A DNA stretch of 64,000 bases, from assembly GCF_024521635.1 (NCBI RefSeq), contig NW_026250429.1:1-64000 (forward strand), read 5' to 3'. The notes under the pieces were generated by a model. It had not been told where the DNA came from. It saw only the letters and a list, made by a program, of their open reading frames with translations, and ran no database searches. Source of the stretch: Tricharina praecox. Lineage: Eukaryota. Shown piece by piece: positions 1 to 13,100 of this stretch (within the stretch, counting starts at the first letter, position 1; every line of letters starts with the position of its first letter). Made by a program: the position numbers and the translations under genes.

Positions 1-2023
1 AGCTCTCGCATTGGTGAGTGGATGTTGACACGAACCTCGACATTGATAGTATGACCAACCACCGGAGCCTCTACCTCTGGAAAACGGTTGTCTCGGCGGG
101 CCGAATCTCCAGACAAGCGGAAGCAAGCGTAGCCGAATCTCCAGACAGCGGAAGCAAGCGTAGCCAAAGAGACTCAAGATGAAGCCGAATGTGAGCACGA
201 CGAGTACGGTCTCCACCACATGGAATCCGTTGTACTTGTTGTCGGGCATCCTACGTCCCTGTTGTCGGGCATCCTACGTCCCTGCGCGTTAATATTTATT
301 CACGTATTGAGTGTTCTGGTTCAAAGAGCACATACTTGTAACTTGGGTGGATGCTTGATTGGTTAAGTCGCTTTTGTATTTCGTTTTTGGCTGGAGCTTG
401 GCTGTCGTTCGTCTTCGTCGATGCTGCAGAAAAAAAAAGGAGGAGTCCAGGAGGATGCAGGGCTTCTTATAGTTCCGGTTGGGCCGAACGATTTTGGATC
501 GGGAGGTCGCCCGCTCACAAAAGTACCAGGCAAACGGGCTGCAGGTACCTCAAAAGACGAGCAGCTAGGTGTTCTGATTGAGATAGATGCATAGAATTCG
601 CCGACGCAGGTAGCAAACACGAATCCAAGTTCAGAACGTCGATCGCCGTAGTCCCACTGCAGTGTGATCAAACGTCAAGTCTGTCGAGCTTGCTTAGCTC
701 GAGCTGCGCAGGCGTAGAGCTGCGAAAAAACATGCCGAAGCAGCCACCAGGCATCCCCATATGTACTTCTGGCTACCTCCACGCAACGAATGATGAAATC
801 ACCAAAACGCTCTCCCATTGTAGCTCACTGTAGAAGAAAAAAAACAGTCATGTGCGTGATGGAAACGTTGCGTTCGATTGCCAGTCAACCACCATACTAC
901 CTACTCGGACGACTGCTTTCTTGCGCGATTACCATAGTCATGCAGGGCTATACGTGATGCCTACAACTGTTATCTTACCCGCGGCGCCGTGGTGGTGATA
1001 CATCAATTCTGCTATTGTGGGAGCGCCTAGTCGCCGCTGGTCTACGTTGCGTGTTCCGGCAATCTAGATATCATGTACATAGGGGGCCTACTGCAGAGGT
1101 GACGAGAACAACGAGTATCAGGTTTTCCATCGCAATACTTCTAATTTTTACGCTTATGCATCAGCACATGGCAGGCAGGGATATACAGTTGAGGGACCGC
1201 TGCGAATGCAAGACAACCATGGCAGCATCTTGCTAGCTATGCCTAATAGTTGATAGCATACATCAGCACCGCTAGGCACGTTTGTGGTGGAGTGATGCAG
1301 CAGCTGTTACCGAGGGGAGGTAGCGGACGGCAAGCCTTTGTCAGTGGAAGGCAGCGGATGTGATTGCTGGAGAGCATCAACGTGTGCGGGAATCAACGCT
1401 AGTGTCGCTGCGTCGATGGCAGGGCCGTTTCCTCTAAGGTCGTCGTCTTCTTCTTTTTCGTTTTTCTTCATCATCTCATCAGACGATCAACCACCAACTT
1501 CCCTTCTCCTCTGTGTTCGTTCATCGTCTCACTCTCCCCTCCTCCCACCTCCAGGAGCAGTCTTCGATCTGTTCACCAGGCGGCCCCGTCTCCTCTTGCT
1601 GATCAGCGACTGTTTCTAGAAGCGTAAGTTACTATTCCTCAACCCGTTCCCGCGGTCTCGTGTCGTTACCAGAGATTTTACTGATAGTCGCTGAAGCTTG
1701 TGAACCTACACAACCACATCATGCAGTAAAACTACTATCCCAGGATAATCATGGCAGACGCAGGCCCCTCCGAAATTCGCGAAGTTCGTTAGCCCGCTGT
1801 CACCGGATCCCCCAGGGAATAAGACGAAGCTGGTCAGGCCCACTATGCAACTAAGCTAGCGATAGTCGAAAGCTCTAGAGCGGCAGAAAAGCAGGAAGAA
1901 TCGAACACTTTGAACTAACGCACTCGCCATCGCTGTTGGCTGCTACCCGTCAATACACTCGGATATGCGGGAGAGGATGATTATTCCTACGAGGGCAAGG
2001 GCAAGACGGCAGTCCGCCCGAGC

Positions 2024-2900
2024 GTGTTGGAAACGACCACCCCTCGATCTGACTTGGCGACCAAACAACACCCCTTCCGACAGGCAGAGAATATCGGTAA
2101 CCGCAACGAGTCGTCTCCTTACGGACAAGGCTTCGGAACGAACCCGGCGTACGGTGGCTTCCAGCAGGAGTCCAATCACCACTATGGAAGTGAGTCTATG
2201 GATGAATTCGCCGCCGCCCTGAACCAATTGGCAGATGAGACGGCCAATCTCGGGATGATTCTGACACAGAACCAGATCGAATCATCTGGCGAGAACGCGC
2301 AGCTGCGTCAAGCGGTCTACACTCTCTGCGCAATCCTAGACGGAACCCGCCCCGCGCTCCAACCATCTGAGATTGCAGCTTTCAGCCTGTCAACCAGTTG
2401 GACGCGGGCGCCGCGTTCCGGCTCATCGATGCGATCCGTGAGGCAATGGCGCAGTTTGGAGAACCGCGTACACGCACTGTCGTCCGTCGCTGTTTGCACG
2501 GTGAGGTCGCTGAGGAGTGGATCACAGGGATATCTGATCATGACAGGACCCAGCTGCGTAAGCATTGCCACAACTGGATCGGCATCCTGGAACACGACTT
2601 CATGCCCAGTAAATCAACTAGGCTGGCAGTTGCCTCAGCGGAGACGTTCGAATGGGGCCAGAACCGCATGCCATCCGAATATGTCGTGAAGAAGCTTCGT
2701 CTCCTGCATGGCAGGGGTCAACGATGAAAAGATCATGGTGGAGAGATTGCAGCAAGGCTTTTCCAAAGCTGCGGCTCTGCAGCTGCATTTGGAGGGTTTT
2801 GTCAAATAGCAGTCGGTGTCCCGGTAGCCTCAAGCGGTCAATCTCGTGCAGGATGTAGCCAAACAGGCCACCGAATTCTCCTACGCTGAGGAAGCCTCTT
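2024..2900 (+). mobile_element. Degenerate LTR-retrotransposon gag-like remnant (frameshifts and stops)
   Basis: Stitching frames gives ...FRLIDAIREAMAQFGEPRTRTVVRRCLHGEVAEEWITG...WIGILEHDFMPSKSTRLAVASAETFEWGQNRMPSEYVVKKLRLL / MAGVNDEKIMVERLQQGFSK..., which has the spacing of a retrotransposon gag capsid domain. There are in-frame TAGs downstream and no pol follows. Confidence 0.5.
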
Positions 2901-3499
2901 ACGAGAACTTCTCCTCCTCCTTCACCTCCGCTTTCGTTTACGATCATGACTCCTCCTCCTCCTCCGACGGCTCCTCCTCCAACGGCGAGTAATTTTATCC
3001 CGACGAGTCCTCCGACGCATCTCAGGATGAAGTAGACGAACAGGTATATAAATAATTACTAGCAGCGGATCGGAGTGGACATAGGGTGCAACTCAATCGT
3101 ACCTGATGCGAAGGCTCATACTCGGATTGTTTTCTCTTGCTTTTTTTTCCTCCTCCTCTCTTTGTCTTGTAGATTCTGAGTTCGTCTCTTGTTGAATCAA
3201 TTTGACAGTACCATAGTTGATAGACTACCTGAATAATTCACTACATCTCTCTTTTTATCTCAGCCCGCTCCCGAGTCTCTCACGTGATTTCCACTGACTC
3301 TTGTAAGTCGTTTTCAGTGAACGAACACATTGCCAAGAAAATGTAGTGTAATTGAGGCGTGAAAATTTAAGCATCTGTTAGCCGTTGAGTACTAGTACAC
3401 GATGCTGCAGATGCTGGCTTGGCCGACTGGATTAATGACGCGTCCGGGGGCCGTCGAACGTCAACACCGTGTTCGTATGCCGAGGATCGTGATATTGTG

Positions 3500-5700
3500 T
3501 ATTGTCAACTCAGCTGAAGATCGGTGTGTTCGACGGACAAGTGTAACTGCAACGTAGGTAGGAGGGCATGCATTCCATTCGACGAACTACGGCCGACTGC
3601 CAAAGTACAGGGGAAAAATCATAAGGCGACTCATATGTATCACAAGAGAGAAAAATAAGTCCAGCCAGATTGAAAACGCGCGGGATTACTTCTATCCTGT
3701 CCCCCGAAAGGGATGAACGTAATGGGATTGAATTAACCACTCTAGTGCCTCCGGACTACGTAGAAAACAGGTGCCTCGATTCTCTGGTAGCGCCTTACGG
3801 GTGGTTGCTCAAAGAGCGAGTCACAGTACAAGCCTTAAGGCTCGAGGGCAGCGACGCGCCTCTGCAATTGAAGATCTCTCTCTCATAAGCCTCACCATCG
3901 CAGCTACGCCACTTCAATTCCGCGCACCCACAGGGTTTAGCCGCCCACCCTTCCTCTCTTTCCCTCTCCCTCCTTTATAATCCACCATCAACATCCTCTC
4001 TTTCCTTCCACTATGTCCCTACTCCACCCACAACATCCTCTTTCCACCTGCCGCTTCTTCCTACACTTCTACTCCACCATCCACTTGGCAAAGAAAGAAA
4101 CAAAAACGATTTTCTGCCACCCGCCTCAAACCCAGCCCAATCCAACAAGTCTCTTTCCTTCCCGACAGTGACCGCCCCAAATCCCCCAACGTGGGGAAAG
4201 GGAGGGGGGGTTAATCAGACTCCGATGAAGAGGACCCCGAGGACGACTCAGAGAAACTCTCTGAGTCGGCTCCGATGAAGAGGACTCTGAGGAGTAAGAG
4301 CTCTGGCTCGTTTATCCTCCCGGCGTAACCGTCACGACGGTTAGGCCATTCGTTCCTAGCGGAATGCTTTTCCGTTTCGTTTTGCGGCTCCATCGCCGCA
4401 TACGACAGATTGTCCTCCCCAGCTACATGGCTTCCGCAGGTAGGTCCCTGTCTATATAGGTACCTATTATCGATCTTCAAATAACTGATCTTATGTAGTC
4501 TTTCATCGTCCACCCGGCAGACACCCGCAACCCCAATAGTCACGCAAGACATCACCAGATCCGCTACCCAATCAGTCACACAAACGACCACCACGAGACA
4601 CACCCGCAACCAGGAACCGAAACCACAATCCACACCAAAGCCTCCGGAAGATCCTTTACCCATCTACATGGCTTCTCAAGGTAGATCTCTATCTACATCC
4701 TATCATCGAACTTCAGATCGCTAACTGTCCTCTCTAGATAACATGAAGCTGTCGGTCAACTGGCGCAAGCCGCTCCCACATCCGGCCTGCATTCAGATCT
4801 ATCCAGATCGGTTCGCAGGGCAAGTCTTCAAACCCATTCTCAAAATCTTTGGAGTGAAAAACTACGACCACATATGGTTCGATTTCCGCTTCGAGGTGCT
4901 GCGAATGTTCCGGCAACAATCGGAGGTGCTGGCCGGAATACGTGAGCTATGATGAAGACGTGGAGGAAGACATGGAGGAAGAGGAAGAGGAAGAGGTTTA
5001 GAACTGAAGGAGTTGTTATTGTTCTTGCTTTCGATTTTATCGTCGATAACTGCATCCTCAATTACTTCGTAACGTTTCCTGCTCGTCGTGAAACAATATT
5101 TATAGTATGCTCGTAGCCAGCCTGTGTTTTACATACTACAGTCCAGCGGTGTCTTGCACGACCCATGGTCCATTGGCGGAACTGCACTAAATTCGTCCAG
5201 TCCATATCGGAGGTTAGTCTTGCACGCACTACTACTGAGTTCATCAGACAGGTAGGACGGGATGGATCGCTGTTGACTGTAGCCGAGTGGCAGTAATCTA
5301 ATAAGTACATCCGAAACACCATAATGCCACATGAATCACATCGGAGAGCGCTTCGCACAGCACGGAAGAACAACGGTATTCCACCCTCCAGCAGGGATGA
5401 ACGAAGCGAGATCAGGAATGTCCCCTCGAAAATGTTCGGACAGTGTAGAACACAGGTTTCGTGGACGGTTGTTCCGTGGACTTCTTCACAGCGCGGCGCT
5501 CGTTTTTACATTTACAGCGGAAGAATCATAAGGCACCAGGAATCACATCATAGAGAGCTCAGTAGTCCCGCAAGATGGCGAACAAGACGGAATATGTACA
5601 ACACAGGTGCTGTGGACCGTGGTTCTCGAGCATGTCTTCACGGCAACTCACGAGTTGCACGAGTGACATCACATGGTATCACGGCTGCAGCTACAATTCT
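3500..5700 (+). repeat. Cassette unit U1 (conserved spacer - leader - intron-containing degenerate ORF - acidic tail - spacer)
   Basis: GCTACGCCACTTCAATTC at 3903 and ACTGCATCC tail motif at 5049. 3740-5150 aligns with 13165-14700. Spacer motifs AGGGATGAACG and GTAGAAnACAGG occur both upstream (about 3708-3770) and downstream (about 5393-5456). Confidence 0.8.
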
Positions 5701-5704
5701 CTAT

Positions 5705-6545
5705 GAAAATCGAAGGAAATGAGATCGCAGATGGGTGGGCCAAGCAAGCATCGGAGAACGTCGACGGCGATGGAGTAAGATGGCTCCGGTAAGGTAGCGG
5801 ATATGGACGCAGGCGTGCCGTTCCCCTTCCGGTCTCACTGGCACAACTTAAGAGGCGGATTAGCGATGAAAAGTGGAGAGAGGCGCATCAGTGGTCACTG
5901 ACCCGCATCAAAAACCAGCGGTACCGTACAAGAAGTGGATAAAGGAGGGATGATGATCATTACTGGTGCTGCAACAGGTCTACCAAGCAATCACGCGACC
6001 ACCTATTCAAAACCGCTCGCGGTTGAGAAGTCAACAGAAAGTCTTGTGGGTAAAGGTCGGGAAGGAGACGGAGAGATGGAAAGAGAGGTGGTCGATAGCG
6101 GAGCTGTTCGCCGACGAGCGCAGCAGCGAGGCAATCGTACAGTTTCTAGGAACGTCGGATGTGGGGAGGAAAGCTCCACCAGACCTGAAGGATGAGGATG
6201 AGGAGGAGGGAAGCATCCCATCGGGGGCAGAGCAAGAGTGCCCAGGAGGGTGCTGTGTCTGCGGCCGGTGCGAGGAAGTAGGAGATGAGGATACGCGGTG
6301 ATATCGTCTTGGAGCGGAAAGGCGGAAGACGGCGGAGAGAAGCAAGGGGGCAGCAGGAGGAGCGGGCATGTAGGCCCATCCCGGTCTTTACTGTTAATCT
6401 ACTTTCCACTTTTTGCTTATGTCGGGCCGAGGCGGATGGGCAGGGAAGATGAGGCGCCGCGTCGGACTGGCCAGGGCTGGCAGGAAACGGAGGTCGTTGG
6501 TTCGCCATAATCTAGATAGGTTGCATGCGAAATAAACATCAGGAA
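5705..6545 (+). mobile_element. 5'-truncated non-LTR retrotransposon (LINE, RNase H-containing), 3'-UTR type A
   Basis: IEGNEIADGWAKQA (end of RNase H), decayed zinc knuckle WCCNRSTKQSRDHLFK, C-terminus QQKVLWVKVGKETERWKERWSIAELFADERSSEAIVQFLGTSDVGR. The 3' end TCTAGATAGGTTGCATGCGAAATAAA is shared with other copies. Confidence 0.85.
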
Positions 6546-7559
6546 AAAAAATCGCTATGAACGTAGCCGGCTGCGTGTATAAAACGTGCGGCACTCGGCG
6601 CAGCGAGTGAGTTGGGAGCATGTGAACTGACCCACTCCACCATATTCCCTGGGAACGACGTCAGCTAGGGTGGGGTGTTCGAAAGTTCGTTGGAATGCTG
6701 TTGGGCGAAACATCATTCCCAGAAATCAGTGTGAGTTTCGTGTTATTCATCGCTTGAATGTGGTCTATCTGGAGAATTGCAGTATCGACAGCCCGTTCGC
6801 TCCCACAACTCTTGCTCAGCCTCGCCCTTGACTAACCGTTCCCTCAATTCTTCCGGAGTCTTTCATTACGTCAACTCTTCGCCGCCGTCAACTCTTCGCC
6901 GGCTTCACCACTTCCGCGCCATTCCCTTTGGCTGACACGCTCCCTCGAATTTTCTTTGGCATCATCTCATCGGCGCTGTCAACTGCTCCCTGCCGTCAGA
7001 GCCTCCGTGCCGTCAAATCCTGGAAGCCGTCAAATTCTCTGTGCCGTCAAATCGTCTCTGCCGTCGGCGAGTCGGCGTGCTCTGGTATGCCAGGTGAGAG
7101 ACAAATACGGGTCTCTCCAAACTTGGATAGTTGGCTTTTAATCTTTGGATCGTGCCATGCTGACACTACCTAGCACAATGAATACCCCGCTTTTCGCACC
7201 CCAAATGTTTTCTCTCTCTACTACTGTTCACTCTGCCCGTCCCGACTGAATACTCCCTCCTGGCCCTACACCGCGGAGTGTTCATTGCCGGCTCCTTCTC
7301 CTCGCCATCCTGGCGCTCCGCTTTTTACTCATCGTGCTGGTTTTCCTGGTCCTGCTGATATTGTCTTCTCACTAGGAACTACTATTCGCCAACCGTCATC
7401 TCCTCCTGCTCCTCGTTGTGCGCTTCACCATCTCCTAACCCTCCTCGTTCTACTCGCTATGTGCCTTGTGTCCGTCCTCCCACCGAAAGACTCTGATGGC
7501 GAGACTCCTCGCCCATTCCACCCTGTGACGGAAGCAGTCTCCCCGTCCTTCTAGTGGTA

Positions 7560-7730
7560 CTGCTCGTCCTGCTCGTCCTGCTCGTCCTGCTCGTCCTGCT
7601 CGTCCTGCTCGTCCTGCTCGTCCTGCTCGTCCTGCTCGTCCTGCTCGTCCTGCTCGTCCTGCTCGTCCTGCTCGTCCTGCTCGTCCTGCTCGTCCTGCTC
7701 GTCCTGCTCGTCCTGCTCGTCCTGCTCGTC
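7560..7730. repeat. Perfect 9-bp tandem array (CTGCTCGTC)x19
   Basis: Read directly: 171 bp with no mismatches. It explains the LLV/RAG/RTS repeat ORFs. Confidence 0.97.
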
Positions 7731-8874
7731 CTACCGCCGAATGAGCATCCTTGCCTAGCTCCGCACTCAATTAATCGCTCCGCTCCTCGCCCAACTCCTC
7801 CCCAGCTCCTCGCGCAGCTCCGGTTTCGCTGCCAGGGACTCACCACAGGGTTCGCCTTGGAGATGCTTCTTTCGCTGCCATGGAAGCAGAACTGGATTCG
7901 TCCAAGAAGTGCCCTCTCGCTGCGTTGGACTGGATTCGCCTAAGTGTTTTCCTCACACTGCCATGGATGCACTACTGGATTCGCTGCCAGGGCTTTGTAC
8001 TAGATTGGTTGCTAGGGCCTCTTTACTGGATTCACTGCCATGGCCTGTGTACTGGTTTCGCTGCCATAGACTCAGTACTGGCCGCCTCAAGCTGCAACGG
8101 AGACAGCACTTGACATATTTTTCCCCAAAGCTCTGTTTGTCTCCGGCGAGCCTAGATAGCATGTGTACATAGAGGACCTACTGCTGCAGCAAGAAAGAGA
8201 ATAATGAAGTCTTTTCATCGTCATACTCTACAATTCTGAACAGCGCTTTACCCGCCTAAGAAATGCCCCTCTCGCTACTGGCGAGCGGGGCCGGGAATGA
8301 ACATATCGGTAAAGACGAGGAGTAGGAAGTGGAAGTGGAAGAGCTGGACGACAAGGAACATGAGGAACATGAGGTCTAGAATCAATTGGAAGACGACGGT
8401 GACTATGCGTGGCGAATTTTGTGGGGTTCTTTAGGTTTATCAGCCCTCGCCACAGCACTTGCCACAGCACTAGCGACAGCACTAGCCATCAGTCTGACCT
8501 CACCCTCACGCTCGCACGCCTCTGGGGAAAATGATGATATATAATACCAGTGGCAGCGCAACCTTGATTGCTTTCTCTAACTTCCAACATCAGTCATCCC
8601 CACACCTGGTACTCCCCCAATCGACACATCGAACTATACCCACGCATCGATCATGCCGGCTCCCAACGGACTGCCAATCCGTAGGCAGCGCAGAAGATTG
8701 AGACGGCCGCCCCAAGAAACAGATACGACCACCACCTCGCCATCTTTCCCCGCCAGCTATCTCGGCCGTCCTGGCGGGCAACAGACCGTGTCCGCCTATC
8801 AACGAGGAAAATCGCAAGAAGATCCTCAAAGGAACGAACGCTACTGACACTGCTGCTCACCCTCCTTTCCAGTG

Positions 8875-9060
8875 CTACTCCTCTTGCCAGAACTGCCGCT
8901 GATATTGCCTCCTCCCTCACTACTGTCTCTTCCCTCAATACTGCCATCTCCCTCGATACTGCCCCCTCCCTCGATACTGCCTACTCCCTCTATACTACTT
9001 CCTCCTTCGATACTACCTCTTCCCTGGATACTGCCTCCTCGCTCGATACTTTTACTCGCC
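8875..9060. repeat. Degenerate 18-bp minisatellite (ATACTGCCTCCTCCCTCG-like)
   Basis: About 10 imperfect copies visible; translates as (PSILPP)n. Confidence 0.85.
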
Positions 9061-9334
9061 AATCGTTTGCTCCTACTATTCCTATTCCATACTATACATC
9101 CTACCTACTCCATCCGTGGCACATAACGTCTCCTCCTACCACTTCTTAATCCTGTCGATCCCGATTTACCACCGTTGGTGATGCGAGAGGCGACGGACAA
9201 CATCCAGCACGAGCAGGATGTAGAGAGGAGTCGTGTTTCCGTTGATATTCACGATGTGAAGAATTTTTATGTCGATGACAACGTTGATGACAATGAAACT
9301 ACGGTATTAAAGAGGAGAAACGCCGCTTGACTGG

Positions 9335-9425
9335 GCCGGGAACGCTGAGAGAGCCGGGAACGCTGAGAGCGGGGAGCGCTGAGAGAGCCGGGAACGCTGA
9401 GAGAGCGGGGGAGGCTGAGAGGTCG
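9335..9425. repeat. 18-bp minisatellite (GCCGGGAACGCTGAGAGA-like)
   Basis: About 5 imperfect copies visible. Confidence 0.85.
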
Positions 9426-9949
9426 GCGAGGCCGGTGAAGGCGGGGAGGGCGCAGGGGATATGGAAGAGAGTTCTGTATAATAGTAATTACAATATTTAT
9501 CTATCCGAGCAAGACCAGGTCTAGGTGCTACATAATACGAGCACAGTAAACGTTATACGTCTTTTTGTACTCGGGTAGCAGATTTCAGACCCGGACAGCT
9601 ATCAATCTAAGCACCGTACCTATTCAGTCAAAGTCTCCCGTTGTGCGCGGTGCATGGCGAGCTGCGATCACTCAAGGACTGCTATTAATCCAGCATCGTG
9701 CCAATCCAGTCGGAGTGTTACGCTGTGTGCACCACCAGGCTAGCTGGGGCCAGGCCTGGCGAGCTGCGGTCCGGCATGCAGAACTTCGGTCCGGCACGGA
9801 CATCTGTGGTCACATGGCATCGTGCCTATCCAACCATTATGTCACGCCATGTGCAGTTCACGTAGTACAAACCTTTCCCCGCGCCCATCGGAGTTTTGGT
9901 TTTCCTGATGCATGCTATCACGGCAGCAGCTACAATCTTCTTGGCTCTG

Positions 9950-10155
9950 TGAAAACGGAAGAAAATGTGATGGCAGATGGGTGGGCCAACCAGGCAGCGG
10001 AAGACCTAGACGGCTATGGAGTAGAATGGCTCCGGCACGGTAGCGGATATGGACGTCGGCGTGACATGCCCCTTCCGGTCTCAGTGGCACATCTCATGAG
10101 CCTGATTCGCGATGAAAAGTGGAGAGAGGCGCATCGGTGGTCACTGACCCACAGA
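9950..10155 (+). mobile_element. LINE RNase H fragment
   Basis: EENVMADGWANQAAEDLDGYGVEWLR...DEKWREAHRWSLTH; aligns with 5705-5905. Confidence 0.8.
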
Positions 10156-13100
10156 ACAGGAGTACTCCCCGCTTGATACTGCATATACTCGCGAGGTTGC
10201 GGGATCCCGCGGCCTCATCCGTTAATCGGTGTGCGTGGAGACGCAGCATGTGCGGGTGATATTGAGTAATCAGTGTCGTTGAAATCTGCAGATAATCGGA
10301 CCATTCCGCACAAAGAAGAGCAGTAGGCCGTAATGCCGCCGTTGTGTGCTGTCGACAGTGAGAGTCTCGGAGATTCTGGAGGACACATAGAAATGATATC
10401 GGTGCTCTCCGCTCATACGCCGAACTCGATCATCATGGTGAACACTGCCGGAATGGAGACACGACGCGCGGCCTCAAGGATCTATTTCATCGCGTGGGGA
10501 ATGACCTAACCATCTATACATAGATCCTCGGGAGCCTGAAGTATAATCGTGCGACTGCAGGACGCGAGTGACGCGTTGTGCTGCTCGCGAACTGTAGCAT
10601 GAAGATATGCGGACAAGTCCGCACGATTAAAGGACTACCAGCGGAAGTGGATATTATATATACTGGCGGAGTTTAGAGAGCCTTGAGAATACCGCTGAAA
10701 TGTTGAGTGAACGTGGGTACTCACGGTGTAATATTTCGGGGAACAGATATGTACGGAAAGAAGCGATTGACAATCTGACTACTTAAATAACGGTACGTAG
10801 CAGCACGAATGGAGGACAACTCGTGGCGAGAATCACGAAATTATCCGCCATTTCAATCGTAAAAGCCTATCAAGATAGCACGTAACAGAGACACGACACA
10901 ACTATTTCACCCTCCTTTTCCGTTTTCCCATTTGCTGTTCCCTGAGCACGCCGGCTCCCTACAAACAACTGAAAGTCACCTCGGCGAGCATCAAACTTTT
11001 CACCCTTATCTCCTCATTTTCAATTGCCATTGACGAGCACGCCGGCTCCCTACAAAAAACTGAAAGTATCCTTGGCCAGTTTGACGAGACCAACTCCTTA
11101 CAAGAAACTGTAAGTATCCTTGGCCAGTGTGACGAGACCATCAAAGACACGGACGATGGCACGAGAGACACGAACGATGGCACGACCACATCTGGTGATC
11201 CAGTTGCCGATCAGAATGATGGTTTCGTTCTCCCTTCCGAACCCGCTGGGAGATTCACCCAGCTGGGCGTAGCCTTCCTCCGCCCTTCGAGCCGCCTCTT
11301 GTGAACTCTGTCAGCATGATCATCAATCAGTATTCGGCGGAGGAGCGGTGGACATACCCCAGTGGCCGATACCCACGCTGGGATGGTTGACGAATTCCCG
11401 AAGGTCCATCCTGGGTAGGTCAGAATAACGTTCAGGTGCGGCTGGGTTCGCAAGGTTAATGGGACAGGGAGCTTACAGAAGACCACCCACGGAGGACGCC
11501 AAGGACGAGCTGTCCGAGTCATCCAGATTGATCGTGGGCATTGTGTTCTTGGGTGTAGATGTCGAAGTGTAGAATATCTTGTTGGGTGGTACTAGATGAC
11601 GAAGACAGAAAAATGCGGGTAATTTGTGTCGTTGTTGTTCAGCCGACTTGAAGGGGATGATGGTGCGGGAGATGGAGGGGGATGATGGTGGTGGGGGACG
11701 ATGGTAATGGGGTTTGATGGTGGTGGGGGATGGTGGTTAGGAAGAGAGAGGGGGGGTGATCGTGGTGGGGGGTGCGTTAAACGTTTGAGTGGTTCTTTTG
11801 GGTGGTACTTTTGAGTGGCGGTTCTGCGTGGTACTTTTGTCTGGCGTGTGTCTATTTCGACGAGGAACATGATACTAGCTTGACTTCGGTGATTAAATTC
11901 TCTGCTTTGGGAGATATATGTCGATTAAGCACGTCGAGGGACAACCAAATAGGATACTATACCTAAGCTTCATGCACAGCAGAATCCCCGCGTGCTACAT
12001 GTTTCCTGAGTCCTGTAGTGGCCACTGTTCGGGAAAGGCAGCGATTCGTGAATGTTCCTGGAAACAGCATGCGAGACGCAAGATATGTTAGAGAGCAGGA
12101 CCAGGGATTGATCCCCAATTTTCGAAGGCAAAGTACAAGTTTCTTTCTCAGGCGAACCTTGAAGTCTGATCTCTCCAGAACGAGAATCCCCCTTTCCCTC
12201 CGATGCTGCTCGTCTATGCTTGTGTTGGGCGCAGAAACGGCGGAAGACCCATCGGTGCAGAGTCACGTACGATATCCCATTTATGCACCCTGGACAGTTC
12301 ACGAATGTTTCTAGAACTCGTGCAGATACCTGATTCCACACCCTGAACGAAACACACCCATCGATTCTCCCTCGCGAATCCCGGCCGGAAACGCGCTCCC
12401 GACCGATGGTTACAATATGGCCAGAACCTGGTCTCGGCAGCCATGCAGCACCTCAGAGACTACTCCGGCTACTGATCCCTCGTCGTCGCTAATCGTCAGT
12501 CCGTATTTTACAGTATTGCCGCACACATGGCCAAATAATCACCGGTGTGGGTTTCCCCAACGCGCCGTCCAACCCAAGGACAACCAACACCGCTATATTC
12601 GACAACCCTTACTACAACACAGTCGCATCCTCGTCTTGCCAAGACGCTACACGCGTGCCGTGTTCCTATTCGCTGAATCCAACATCGCGCACAACAATTT
12701 CCGCTTCATTTCTACCCCTCTCGAAATGTCGCAGCGCACCTGTTCGCAATGAAAACCCATATAACAACCACCACAGTACTCTCCTCACTTCAGCAGCATA
12801 TTGCACCTATTTGCGGTGGAGGACGACCTCGACGATGCCGATATTGCAGCGGCTACCACCCAAAAATTGGGGGGCAAACGAGCCACACAGGTGGTGAAGA
12901 GAAGAAGGAGGAGATAGATAAGGATTACGAAGAGAACGAAGCCTCCTCTCAAGCTCACTCTTCCACCGAAGACTCGAAGGAAGATTCGGAAGAGGAAGCC
13001 TCCTCCGAAGAACCCGCCTCCGAGGATGACTCGAAGGACGACGAGAACGGCGACTAGAACGAAGACGACAAAGATGCGTCAGTAGAAGAAGGCCCCTCCA

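Noticed and set aside
100..284. 31-bp and 22-bp direct tandem duplications
   Set aside because: Two-copy slippage products with no further structure.
1370..1720. Candidate 5' LTR upstream of the gag remnant
   Set aside because: No second copy, TSD or clear primer-binding site in the window.
5040..5460. Possible conserved minus-strand protein in the cassette spacer (WLRAYYKYC...IEDAV; ORF 63407-63901)
   Set aside because: Copies differ by frameshifts, stops and non-conservative changes; the similarity looks nucleotide-level, so coding cannot be supported.
7450..7943. ORFs with (LLV)n, (RAG)n and (RTS)n
   Set aside because: By-products of a stop-free 9-bp tandem repeat.
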